Shown here: piece after piece, positions 28,548 through 37,590 of the stretch
Layout of the letters: each line of letters opens with the position of its first letter
How positions within the stretch are numbered: position 1 is the stretch's first letter
Source of the DNA: an uncultured Planktomarina sp.
GTDB taxonomy: Bacteria; Pseudomonadota; Alphaproteobacteria; Rhodobacterales; Rhodobacteraceae
Direction of reading: 5' to 3'
DNA: 64,000 nt
Assembly: GCA_951541495.1 (NCBI GenBank)
Contig: CATOCL010000003.1
Location: 48,485-112,484, forward strand
Notes under the pieces: generated by a model
Told to the model about the DNA's origin: nothing
Databases searched by the model: none
Seen by the model: the letters and a program-made list of their open reading frames with translations, nothing else
Position numbers and translations under genes: made by a program

Positions 28548-31456
28548 GTTTTGATTAAAAGAGGCTGCTCGTTAGTCCCCCACTCCCCGTAGCGTGCAAG
28601 TTGGTCATAATCTGATGGTACGTCTACCATGAGCATGGCGCGTCGTGCTGTGTAGCCTTGGTCAGGGTTTTGATATGATTTTATTAGTTTCGAAAATTTA
28701 ACCCAAACCTCATCCTCACCTAGTGGTGCTTTGGCAAGTTTAAGTTCATTGCCAACGCCGATGTATGTTGCTTCTGCAACTTGCAGTACATTGAGACCCT
28801 CAAAGCCCCCTTGCTGTAATATCTCCGCTTCAAGTAGGAGCTGTTTGTCAAAGTGGAGCTGCTGAGCACTGCTGGGAAGTGGCCCAGTTTTATAGTCATA
28901 GATACGAGCTGTACCGTCATGAAGAACATCCACTCGGTCAGCCTTTCCCACCAATGTAAAACCTGTGTCTGTTACGGTTGCCCTGCCCCAAACTTCAGTA
29001 TGTGACGACAATAAGTCTGCTTGTCGCAGAATTTCACCCTTCGTGAACCAATCAGCAAAACGCACAACCCTTGCTTGCCACATTCGCCGGGCAGTAGGCC
29101 AAGGTACCAGATCTTCTAGCATTGTTTGAGATAACTCAAGCAATTTAATCTTAGCTTGTTCAGCAGTCCTCCATGGTCCAGCTTTAATGAAAGCCTCCAA
29201 AATATCGTGAATAACGGTACCTCGCAAAGGCGCGCTTGGGGATTTTTTCAGTGGATCTAGCCGCTTTAGCCCTAATATGTGTTTTGCATAGATGGCATAG
29301 GGATCACGAATGAGGTGTTTTACGTCAGTGATAGCCAACTGGATTGGTCTAGTGTGGATTGGTGGTGCCACAGAGGGTCGGGGTGTTGGGTCTACGCTGG
29401 GTGCGATCTCGATCTGCTCTACCAATTCAAGCCAGTCAGCGCCCCGCCGCCGCATGTCTTGAAGCCAATTACCACCACCCTGCTTGTTCAAGCCACTAAG
29501 AAGGTTTTCTATTCGGTTTAACCAACGGGACGGGACTGTTTCTGCATCATCTGAGCGTAACGCCCGGGTAACCCATACAGACTTAGCCCCAATGGCTTGT
29601 TGAAAGTCATGTGCAGAAAGCCCGATCTTTCGTTCTGGCAATAGCAATCCAGCTTGAAGTCGCAAGTTTCGGTTTAACCAAGGGTCAGGTGTGGGTGGCT
29701 CGGGCCATGCCCCATCATTTAACCCTGCAAGAATCACTAAGTCAGCACTTTGAACTCGGGCCTCAAGCGTACCCCAGATTAAAATATTGGAATGTGTTAT
29801 GTTCTGATCTCTTGTTTCACTTGTACCTAAGACACCGTGCAAAATTGAACTATAATCAAGAAGATCTAAATCGCCAGCAGCGGTTCCATGAAGTAACAAC
29901 TCATCTATAACTTTTTTTGTGTCACGGCCGGGAGCCTGTTCCCAGAGTTTTCCTTCTGTTTCTGACGGTCCATCGGAAAGTCGTTTAGCAATAGCACAAT
30001 GGTGATCTAGCCAAGATTCCATTGGCTGGGATCCTATGGGCCAATGGGAAAAGACACAGCTAATAAGCCAGTTGACCCACGTCAGATATAAATCTTTATC
30101 ATTGGCCCATTTTAATAATGATTTTGGTGATAAAAACGCTGGTCCCTTTCGGCGGAGGTATATTTCTAATTCGCGCGTGTTGAGTAGGTGTTGGCCGCGG
30201 TCGCTGCCAGAATGCGCGAGGGGATGCTTCAATAATATCAGTAAGCCCTCGGGCGTTATCTGTGGTTGGGCCAGCTCTAACACATGAAGCAAAAATCGCC
30301 CTGGTGCGGTCAGGCTAAGAGGAACACCAGCACTGTCATCGGCCGTTATATTCCAGGCCGCAAGTATTGACGAAATTCGGCGTGTGAGGTTTCTGTCTGG
30401 AGTGATGACGGCTGCACTCTCCCCAGTTTCTGTTGCTTCCCGCAACCTCAAAGAAATTGCCATTGCCTCGATTCTCTGATCGGGAGCCTCTAGCCAGGTA
30501 ATCTCACTGGTGGCTTCGTCTAGGTTTTTGAGGTTTGGCCCCTCCTTTTGCCAGTGATGTGTTGCTGGTGCGGGCCGCATTGCTAGTGAAATCAGTTTGT
30601 TTCGCGCAGACGATGTTGTGGCATCACCAGTCCAAGGCTCCACTTGTTTAGCCTTAATACCCAGTGAGTTGAGGAGGTGTGAAAACCTAAACTGAGGGTG
30701 GTCCTCACCGGTGTTAGGATCGCTAAGCTTATCCCAGACACTGGAGGGCATGTCAAAATCAAACCCAGGTAAGACGACAGCTCCCTGTGGAAGTCCCGCA
30801 ATAGCTAACATCAGTTGAAAGGTTGTGCCGCGTGATCCAGTAGATCCGGCCATAATTATAGGATGGTTGGGCGGAGAAACTTTCCAACCTTTGGCTAAGG
30901 CTAAGACGCAGGCACGCTGACGGGTCTCTGTATCTGGAATTGCACCATCTTCGAAGTAGCCTTGCACTATATTGATAAACTGTAGGGCTCGCTCCCAATG
31001 ACCTGATACATCTGATATGTCCAAATTCTTCAAGGCTTTTGGTTCAATACCCTCCCCCTGCATTTCATCCATCAAGGCAGCCAGGCTGTTGGCCAAATCA
31101 AAAACAGCACTGCGAGGTGCCAAGTCTTGCACACGATCCAGTAATTCCCGCACTAGTTGGGTGATTTCGAGTCGTCTTTTGAGCGTTGGAATAGGCATTG
31201 GCAAATCCGTCAGGCTGGGATCATTCGCAATGTCTGTTATTAAACGAATTGTTGGCAAAAGTCGGGCTGGCCCGTCTAAGAAAAGCTGATAAAGTCTACG
31301 CTGCATTCGGCGCGTATTCACGTAAATTATGACCTGGGCCCAATCTTCTGGGGGACACCCCTCTAGCTTTTTTGTTAGCCCCGCAAGTAAAGCTTCGGGA
31401 AAGTTTTGATTGGATTGAGTACCAAATATATGTGGTGAATTTTGAGCCCTAAACAA
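28544..31456 (-). CDS. addB: Double-strand break repair protein AddB (alphaproteobacterial type)
   Basis: 970 aa, directly upstream of and overlapping addA. C-terminal PD-(D/E)XK-like region (GKADRVDVL...IYDYKTG). Confidence 0.85.
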   Translation of the reverse strand: MFRAQNSPHIFGTQSNQNFPEALLAGLTKKLEGCPPEDWAQVIIYVNTRRMQRRLYQLFLDGPARLLPTIRLITDIANDPSLTDLPMPIPTLKRRLEITQLVRELLDRVQDLAPRSAVFDLANSLAALMDEMQGEGIEPKALKNLDISDVSGHWERALQFINIVQGYFEDGAIPDTETRQRACVLALAKGWKVSPPNHPIIMAGSTGSRGTTFQLMLAIAGLPQGAVVLPGFDFDMPSSVWDKLSDPNTGEDHPQFRFSHLLNSLGIKAKQVEPWTGDATTSSARNKLISLAMRPAPATHHWQKEGPNLKNLDEATSEITWLEAPDQRIEAMAISLRLREATETGESAAVITPDRNLTRRISSILAAWNITADDSAGVPLSLTAPGRFLLHVLELAQPQITPEGLLILLKHPLAHSGSDRGQHLLNTRELEIYLRRKGPAFLSPKSLLKWANDKDLYLTWVNWLISCVFSHWPIGSQPMESWLDHHCAIAKRLSDGPSETEGKLWEQAPGRDTKKVIDELLLHGTAAGDLDLLDYSSILHGVLGTSETRDQNITHSNILIWGTLEARVQSADLVILAGLNDGAWPEPPTPDPWLNRNLRLQAGLLLPERKIGLSAHDFQQAIGAKSVWVTRALRSDDAETVPSRWLNRIENLLSGLNKQGGGNWLQDMRRRGADWLELVEQIEIAPSVDPTPRPSVAPPIHTRPIQLAITDVKHLIRDPYAIYAKHILGLKRLDPLKKSPSAPLRGTVIHDILEAFIKAGPWRTAEQAKIKLLELSQTMLEDLVPWPTARRMWQARVVRFADWFTKGEILRQADLLSSHTEVWGRATVTDTGFTLVGKADRVDVLHDGTARIYDYKTGPLPSSAQQLHFDKQLLLEAEILQQGGFEGLNVLQVAEATYIGVGNELKLAKAPLGEDEVWVKFSKLIKSYQNPDQGYTARRAMLMVDVPSDYDQLARYGEWGTNEQPLLIKT

Positions 31457-32135
31457 TTTTACGCCCTAATAATTGCTCACCAATATTTATATTTTCAGGT
31501 CGCCCAATGTCACACCACTGGCCCGAATATGAAATGGCCTTCAGTCTCTTGCGTGCAATTAAATTATCCCAAATTAGGTTAAGAGAAAAAACACTTTCAT
31601 TTATTTCATGAACTAGGGAGAGCCTTATAATTTGTACACCGAGATAAACCCAGTTTCCAGAACGCCCAACAGTACCGTTTTCAAACAAATGAAAATCACC
31701 GGGCTTTTCACGTCCGTGGACGTTGTCTATTTGCGCACATAAAAGCAACGCATCACAGTCGTCTTCCCAATGTTTGGCTAAAAACAAGAATGGATTTTCG
31801 CCAAACCAAATAGCGTCACTGTTACTTGTAAATACAGTGCTACCCTTAAAGATTGCGGATGCATTTTTCAGGCCACCACCGGTATCCAAAAGCTTTTTCT
31901 CGTGAAAAATTTTGACAGATGTATTTCGCAGATGTTTTTTAATTGCCTCTCCCAAGTAGTGGGTATTGACGATGATATTTTTGATGCCACCCTCATTGGC
32001 CAAGCGCAACGTGCGATCTAATAAAGTGAGTCCCGCAACTTTAATTAAAGGCTTGGGGGTGTCGGTCGTGAGTGGTTGCATACGTGTGCCCAAACCGGCA
32101 GCAAAAAGCATTAGTTCGTCAGGCGCGTTACGCAT
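31449..32135 (-). CDS. murU: Sugar-1-phosphate nucleotidyltransferase, MurU-like (N-acetylmuramate-1-P uridylyltransferase family)
   Basis: FAAGLGTRMQPLTTDTPKPLIKVAG nucleotidyltransferase motif, 228 aa, translationally overlapped with the kinase gene upstream. Confidence 0.65.
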   Translation of the reverse strand: MRNAPDELMLFAAGLGTRMQPLTTDTPKPLIKVAGLTLLDRTLRLANEGGIKNIIVNTHYLGEAIKKHLRNTSVKIFHEKKLLDTGGGLKNASAIFKGSTVFTSNSDAIWFGENPFLFLAKHWEDDCDALLLCAQIDNVHGREKPGDFHLFENGTVGRSGNWVYLGVQIIRLSLVHEINESVFSLNLIWDNLIARKRLKAISYSGQWCDIGRPENINIGEQLLGRKIV

Positions 32136-33105
32136 TCTGTTTTAGCCCTTCTAAAAATTCTGCACTTGGGGTGGGTAAGTTTTTACAGACATCATTAAGC
32201 CCTGAAAGACGCGGGTGGCTCAAATCTTTCCACAAGTTTTTCCAGACATGAGGTATTAGATTTAGGTAGTTTGGCTTTCCATCTCGCAAACAGAGACGGG
32301 AAAATACACCTAAAATGCGCAGGTTTCGTTGGGCACTTATTGCTGCAAAGGCATATTTAAAGTCATCCCGCCCATTATAATGTTCAGCAAGCTCTTTAAC
32401 CAACAGGTTAACCACAGACAGGTCTAGGCTGCGCCGTGCATCATGGATCAGTGACGTCGCATCATAAAGTGGGTGGCCTAGTTGCGCGTCTTGAAAGTCT
32501 AGCACCCCCATTTGAGCTATTCCGATTTGTTCATTTCTATAAACTAGATTTTGAGCATGATAGTCTCGAAGAACTAGAACAGGATTGGACCAGTCCAACG
32601 ATCTCAGGCTGTTTTCTACTTCTAACCCAATTTTCTCTGAAAGACCTTCGTCGCAATACCACAAAAGTGTTGTGGCCGAAGCTTGGGCCATTTCAGGCGC
32701 TAAGTAATTACTAACTTCTTTGGGAGGAGGTGATTTGTGTAATTCTCTGAGCGCATCAATTGCTATCCGATATAATCGTAATTCAAGGTGTGGGGACTCA
32801 TTGGCTACTTTGTATAAGAGTTCATCGCCAAAATCTTGCATAAGGATTAAACCTAGTGAAATGTTGTGACTAAATATTTCTGGAGATGAAATTTCACAAT
32901 CTGTCAGATGTTGAGCGATCTTTAAAAAGGGTCGAATGTCCTCACCAAGTTTTGGTACAGCATCCATCAAAATAGCACTACCCTGAATGGGATCAGCTAG
33001 GCGTTCATACCTTCTATTTCCAGCATCGCCAGCTAAAGGTAAGCGTCGAGCATTGGACCAACCGGCCCTATCTAAAAAGGCTTCAATTTCTAATTCTCTA
33101 GTCAA
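32128..33105 (-). CDS. amgK: Aminoglycoside-phosphotransferase-fold kinase, AmgK-like (anomeric MurNAc/GlcNAc kinase family)
   Basis: LAGDAGNRRYERL..., LVLRDYHAQNLV catalytic loop, LDFQDA. TTG start at 33105. Confidence 0.65.
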   Translation of the reverse strand: MTRELEIEAFLDRAGWSNARRLPLAGDAGNRRYERLADPIQGSAILMDAVPKLGEDIRPFLKIAQHLTDCEISSPEIFSHNISLGLILMQDFGDELLYKVANESPHLELRLYRIAIDALRELHKSPPPKEVSNYLAPEMAQASATTLLWYCDEGLSEKIGLEVENSLRSLDWSNPVLVLRDYHAQNLVYRNEQIGIAQMGVLDFQDAQLGHPLYDATSLIHDARRSLDLSVVNLLVKELAEHYNGRDDFKYAFAAISAQRNLRILGVFSRLCLRDGKPNYLNLIPHVWKNLWKDLSHPRLSGLNDVCKNLPTPSAEFLEGLKQNA

Positions 33106-33114
33106 TGGCCAGTT

Positions 33115-33261
33115 TCACTTTGTTCTAGTTTTGCCATTTCTTCTGGTTTTTTCTCTATTTTGCGTCCTCTCGTACGCAATTTGTACAATAAAACCAACAA
33201 GAGTAAGGCAAATAAAGCTAGGAACTACATAAAGAGATATAATACGAGCTGTTTCTAACAT
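33115..33261 (-). CDS. Candidate small membrane protein (48 aa), unannotated by the ORF track
   Basis: Hand translation gives MLETARIISLYVVPSFICLTLVGFIVQIAYERTQNREKTRRNGKTRTK: one TM helix plus a basic tail. The RBS is weak and I recognise no homology. Confidence 0.25.
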   Translation of the reverse strand: MLETARIISLYVVPSFICLTLVGFIVQIAYERTQNREKTRRNGKTRTK

Positions 33262-33325
33262 GACACCACTGTAGTACTTTTCTGCATAGTGAAAAGACCT
33301 TTCAAAGCAACTGCCTTTCTTTTTG

Positions 33326-34483
33326 TTAGTCTACTGTTGTCCACCATTCATCAAACAGCGGTGGATTTTCCAATGAAACTATTTCACCGAGCCGGGGTGT
33401 AATAAGTTGTATTTCGCTATCTCGGGATCTAGCAGTTACTTCGGCTGGCGGGTCAAACCAGTTGTGCAGCGAAATATTAAACATGCCCCAATGCACAGGT
33501 ACGAGATAGCGGCCCCCAAGATCCTTAAAACCCTTGATTACTTCGTGGGGCATATTGTGCATTGCTCGCCAGCGTTCGTTATACTGGCCGCTATCCATGA
33601 AAATGACGTCAAATGGGCCAAGCCGGTCACCGATTTTTTTGTAATGTGTATCATAGCCTGAGTCGCCACTGAAGTAGATGCTGTTTGCCGAACTTTTTAT
33701 TACCCACGAAGACCACAGCGTCTTCATTGGAGATAATAGTCCAAGCCTACCTGAAAAATGCTTTGCTGGCGTCCCCGTGAATGAAAGGTCTCCCAAGTCA
33801 ACATTACTCCACCAATCAAGTTCAATAATTTTTGATTGATCAATACCCCAACGTCGTAAATGTGAACCCACCCCAAGCGGAAGAATAAAGGTTGTTTGTT
33901 TTTCATTGAAATATTTGACCGTTTCCATATCGAGGTGGTCATAGTGATCATGTGAAATCAGAATGTAGTCCACCTTTGGCATTTTATCTAAAGTTATGAC
34001 TGGTGGCTGAAAACGCTTAATCATAAATGAAACGGGCGCTGCATTTTTTGAAAAAACTGGATCAATTAGGACGGTTTTACCATCTATTGAAAGCAAAATT
34101 GATGAATGCCCCAGCCATATAAACTTAACAGTAGATTCACTGTTAAGAAAATCTAACATATCGGTATTTTGAACTTCTGGCATAAGTGTGTTTGGTGAGG
34201 TTTGGTTGGAATTAAAAAGAAAATTTGGCGTATCGCGCCCAAAGGGATCGTCCCAAAAATTTATGTCATCGCCAATACCGCTAAGAACATTGGTCTCTTC
34301 ATTCACAAATTGCGCTTCCTGCGCATCGTAGTTTGGAGATGCCTCTATATCACTTAGATAAGCCCCAGACGGATTTGCTCCAAACTGTTCGCAACTTGAC
34401 AGCATAAAGACCCCAATAATTAACATAAAGAATACTACCAACGCTGGCAAAAACCTCCTACGCCAACAAATTATGCTCTTCAT
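33326..34483 (-). CDS. MBL-fold metallo-hydrolase, predicted lipoprotein (NAPE-PLD-like / Zn-dependent hydrolase family)
   Basis: Signal peptide with lipobox (..GVFMLSSC), ILISHDHYDHLD metal-binding motif, 385 aa. Confidence 0.75.
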   Translation of the reverse strand: MKSIICWRRRFLPALVVFFMLIIGVFMLSSCEQFGANPSGAYLSDIEASPNYDAQEAQFVNEETNVLSGIGDDINFWDDPFGRDTPNFLFNSNQTSPNTLMPEVQNTDMLDFLNSESTVKFIWLGHSSILLSIDGKTVLIDPVFSKNAAPVSFMIKRFQPPVITLDKMPKVDYILISHDHYDHLDMETVKYFNEKQTTFILPLGVGSHLRRWGIDQSKIIELDWWSNVDLGDLSFTGTPAKHFSGRLGLLSPMKTLWSSWVIKSSANSIYFSGDSGYDTHYKKIGDRLGPFDVIFMDSGQYNERWRAMHNMPHEVIKGFKDLGGRYLVPVHWGMFNISLHNWFDPPAEVTARSRDSEIQLITPRLGEIVSLENPPLFDEWWTTVD

Positions 34484-34574
34484 TTTACGATTTCCCTAAA
34501 AACAGTCACTGCGTGACTGGTACTATAACACCAGCCAGAATGTGCCATTGGACGATGGTCCACTAAAATTGATT

Positions 34575-35771
34575 TTATGTGGAGCTGACTTGACGTACGC
34601 CTGCAATTACCTTTGCCACCCGATTAACTTGGCTCTCTGCAATACCGGCGATATTAATACGACCATTGCTTACAATGTACATTCCGTGGTCAATGCGCAT
34701 TGCCTCAACCTGCTCAGGAGTTACCGGCAATATTGAAAACATTCCTTGCTGTCGTTCAAGGAAGTCGAATTCAGTGCTGTTGGTTTCGCGCCGCATTGCT
34801 GCTGCAAGGGCGATCCGCAAGTTTGCCAAACGTTCACGCATTTCGGCTAATTCGCGTTCCCACTCACTACGAAGACCCCGATCAGATAGAATATCACTTA
34901 CGATCGCTGCGCCGTGGTCTGGTGGCATGGCATAAAGAGCATTGATCAAGTCCAGCATTTTCAGGGATGAGCGGTGTGCCGTATCTGAATTAGTAGCTTG
35001 AATTGCTATAATACCTACTCGGTCTCTGTAATTTGCAAAATTCTTGGAACAAGTAACTGCAACCAAAAGTTCTGGCATAACCTTTGCAAACAAACGTGGC
35101 GCATATGAGTCTTCCTCAATCCCCATGCCAAACCCTTGGTAGGCAACATCAAGAAACGGCAATAAGCCACGTTTTTTGCAAAGCTCAGCAATGATATCCC
35201 ACTGTGCGTTTTCCAGCCCCGCGCCCGTTGGATTATGACAACTCGCCTGTAGCAGGACGACGTCACCAGCAGGTAAACCGCCCAAACATTTGGTCATGGC
35301 GTCAAAATCAACGCCACCTGTTTCTTCATTAAGGTAAGGATAGGCTTGCACTGCTAATCCGGCATGCTGGATAATTGGGGGGTGGTTCGCCCATGTCGGA
35401 TTGGATACCCAAACTGTAGCGCCTGGCTGCGCAGCGTGAACCATCTCAAATCCCACCCGCATTGCTGCTACACCACCCGGTGTTTGCGCAATGGAGATAC
35501 GATCCCATGCCTGATCAGACCCCATAGTAAGTTCCGCTAGGCGGCGAGAGAAGACCTTATCTCCAGCCAAACCAACATAAGATTTCGTTTCCTGACCTTT
35601 CAATAGTCGCGCTTCGGCCTTCTTAACAGATCGCAAGATGGTTGTTTGACCTTCGCTGCTTTTGTAAACGCCAAGACCGAGATCAAGTTTGTCATCTCTT
35701 GTATCTTCTGCAAAGAGCTTTGAAACGAGGTTTGCACCAAAGAGTGGCTTATGTGGAAAATTTTCAAACAT
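34575..35771 (-). CDS. Class I aspartate/aromatic amino-acid aminotransferase (AspC/TyrB family)
   Basis: KLDLGLGVYKSSEGQT, NPTGA, and CSKNFANYRDRVG containing the PLP-lysine motif (SKNF); 398 aa. Confidence 0.85.
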   Translation of the reverse strand: MFENFPHKPLFGANLVSKLFAEDTRDDKLDLGLGVYKSSEGQTTILRSVKKAEARLLKGQETKSYVGLAGDKVFSRRLAELTMGSDQAWDRISIAQTPGGVAAMRVGFEMVHAAQPGATVWVSNPTWANHPPIIQHAGLAVQAYPYLNEETGGVDFDAMTKCLGGLPAGDVVLLQASCHNPTGAGLENAQWDIIAELCKKRGLLPFLDVAYQGFGMGIEEDSYAPRLFAKVMPELLVAVTCSKNFANYRDRVGIIAIQATNSDTAHRSSLKMLDLINALYAMPPDHGAAIVSDILSDRGLRSEWERELAEMRERLANLRIALAAAMRRETNSTEFDFLERQQGMFSILPVTPEQVEAMRIDHGMYIVSNGRINIAGIAESQVNRVAKVIAGVRQVSST

Positions 35772-35812
35772 TAGGGCTCCGATATAATCAGTTTATTTTG
35801 CGGACTAATGTT

Positions 35813-36610
35813 TTAAGAGTTGCCTGCAGTTTCATTGTAAAGTTTCTCAAGCTCTTCTTGTCGCTTCATCGCTTTGGGTTCAAGGTCGGATTTTGCTGGT
35901 ACGTCTCTGGAAAAATGATTAAATTTGTCCTGACCCCTTACCAAAATTGCAGTGTCGTTTTTGTGCTTAGTCTGACGTACGTGAGTGGCAAGATATTGGA
36001 CATTAAGGCCAATGCGCCGGTCGTTTGATTTGTTTGGCATCGATGCATGCAGCGTCCAGCCATGATGAAAAGTGGCTTCTCCTGGCTTTAGAGGACATAA
36101 GATAGCAGTTTCCTCGTCCACTGCCTTTACGGTTTGACCCTGCAGAAGTACATTTGTTTCATCAGGCGCTACCTCGTGTTTTTGACGACCTCCTTCATGA
36201 CTTCCTGGCACCATTCTCATACAACCACTTTCTTGAGTTGCCGGGGAAAGAGCCATCCACATGCTTACTTGGTCATCATGGCTTAAGCCCCAATAGGTAA
36301 GATCTTGGTGCCAACTAACATGGCTGAGAGAGTTAGGCTCTTTTATAATATATGTCGCATTGAAAAGAAGAATATTTGGTCCTATCATTTTTTCGACTAG
36401 ATCAAGAACTTGCCGCATTGACGCCAGTTCCCAAGCTGATGTCAAAAAAGTATGCGCCTTTGAACGATAGTGTAGTGACCCAATTTCCTTTTCTGCCACT
36501 TCCATCCTTTTTCGATGCCCAGCAGCTTCTCCTTCACTAAGAAAAGACACGGGTGAGAGATAACCGTTAGTGCGATATTCGTGAGCTAGAGATTGATTGT
36601 CCAATGGCAC
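35813..36610 (-). CDS. Phytanoyl-CoA dioxygenase (PhyH) family Fe(II)/2-oxoglutarate-dependent oxygenase, substrate unknown
   Basis: 265 aa with WHQDLTYWG (HxD facial-triad context) and a distal FHHGWTLHAS; typical PhyH N-terminus (EYRTNGYL). Confidence 0.75.
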   Translation of the reverse strand: MPLDNQSLAHEYRTNGYLSPVSFLSEGEAAGHRKRMEVAEKEIGSLHYRSKAHTFLTSAWELASMRQVLDLVEKMIGPNILLFNATYIIKEPNSLSHVSWHQDLTYWGLSHDDQVSMWMALSPATQESGCMRMVPGSHEGGRQKHEVAPDETNVLLQGQTVKAVDEETAILCPLKPGEATFHHGWTLHASMPNKSNDRRIGLNVQYLATHVRQTKHKNDTAILVRGQDKFNHFSRDVPAKSDLEPKAMKRQEELEKLYNETAGNS

Positions 36611-36671
36611 TCTTACACCTCAATTTTTTTATTTTATTGTCTTAAAGGGACAATATGTATCTAGTTTAAGA

Positions 36672-37472
36672 TTATTTATTGAATGGCTTTTTACATTTTA
36701 TGTGATGCGGGCAATGCTCTCCGGTTTCTAAAACAGTAATCATGGCGTTCCAGGTTTTGATTGTTAGATCCATGTATTGTTTGGATGAAATGTCTTCAAA
36801 TTCCTGCCTCATTACCTTTGACAGGTCTAACACTTCCTGCTTCGCTTTTTGTGTATACCACCTGTTTCTATTAGATAGAAAAACATCTTGAAAACCTGCC
36901 TTCGTTAAGGCGTGGCTGTATCTATTTGGCGAAGCCATTTCGAAGCCTAGGTCTTCTAATTTAAGATAGTGCAACATTTCTGGTGAAGGGGCATCATCAT
37001 TTGAGCGCAACCAATCCGATCCCAGAAAGTGCCCTCCTGGCTTGAGGACCCTAAAGACTTCCTTTGCAAGTTGCTCCTTATCTTCGATATGTACTATCGA
37101 GTCCTTTGAAAAAACAACATCGAAGAATGCGTCATCGTAGGGAAAACCTCCTGGTTTCACCCTCACAATATCGATGTCTTTTTCTAACCCTAACTTTTTA
37201 ACTCGTTGCGAGGCGACCTGACAAACATCAGTTTCAACGTCAATGCCAATTACTTTCTGTGCGCCATAATCACTAACTAGGCTCACAGTAATTCCACCGC
37301 TTCCGCACCCAATATCAAGAACAGTGGCTTTCGATAAGTCAACATCCCCCAATATCCGCTTGACTTCGTCAGGGCCACCAGGAGATAGGTAACCGTCTCC
37401 CCATAATTTTTCTAAGAATTCGATATGGCTTCTGTCGTAGTAAGGTGGAGGCTCTATCATAATTAGAATCAC
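36672..37472 (-). CDS. Class I SAM-dependent methyltransferase resembling phosphoethanolamine N-methyltransferase catalytic domains
   Basis: LWGDGYLSPGG...VLDIGCGSGG...FDVVFSKDSIVHIEDK...LKPGGHFLGSDW, collinear with PMT-type domains. The start may be ATG 37457. Confidence 0.7.
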   Translation of the reverse strand: MILIMIEPPPYYDRSHIEFLEKLWGDGYLSPGGPDEVKRILGDVDLSKATVLDIGCGSGGITVSLVSDYGAQKVIGIDVETDVCQVASQRVKKLGLEKDIDIVRVKPGGFPYDDAFFDVVFSKDSIVHIEDKEQLAKEVFRVLKPGGHFLGSDWLRSNDDAPSPEMLHYLKLEDLGFEMASPNRYSHALTKAGFQDVFLSNRNRWYTQKAKQEVLDLSKVMRQEFEDISSKQYMDLTIKTWNAMITVLETGEHCPHHIKCKKPFNK

Positions 37473-37590
37473 CGTAGTAAAATCAGCGTGTCGTTATTAT
37501 GAAAAAAATTATATACCTTTATAAATTTTTGCAATTAAAATTCGACAATGAAACACGCCAAACGGGTTTAAACTAAAGTCTGGTAGGGTG

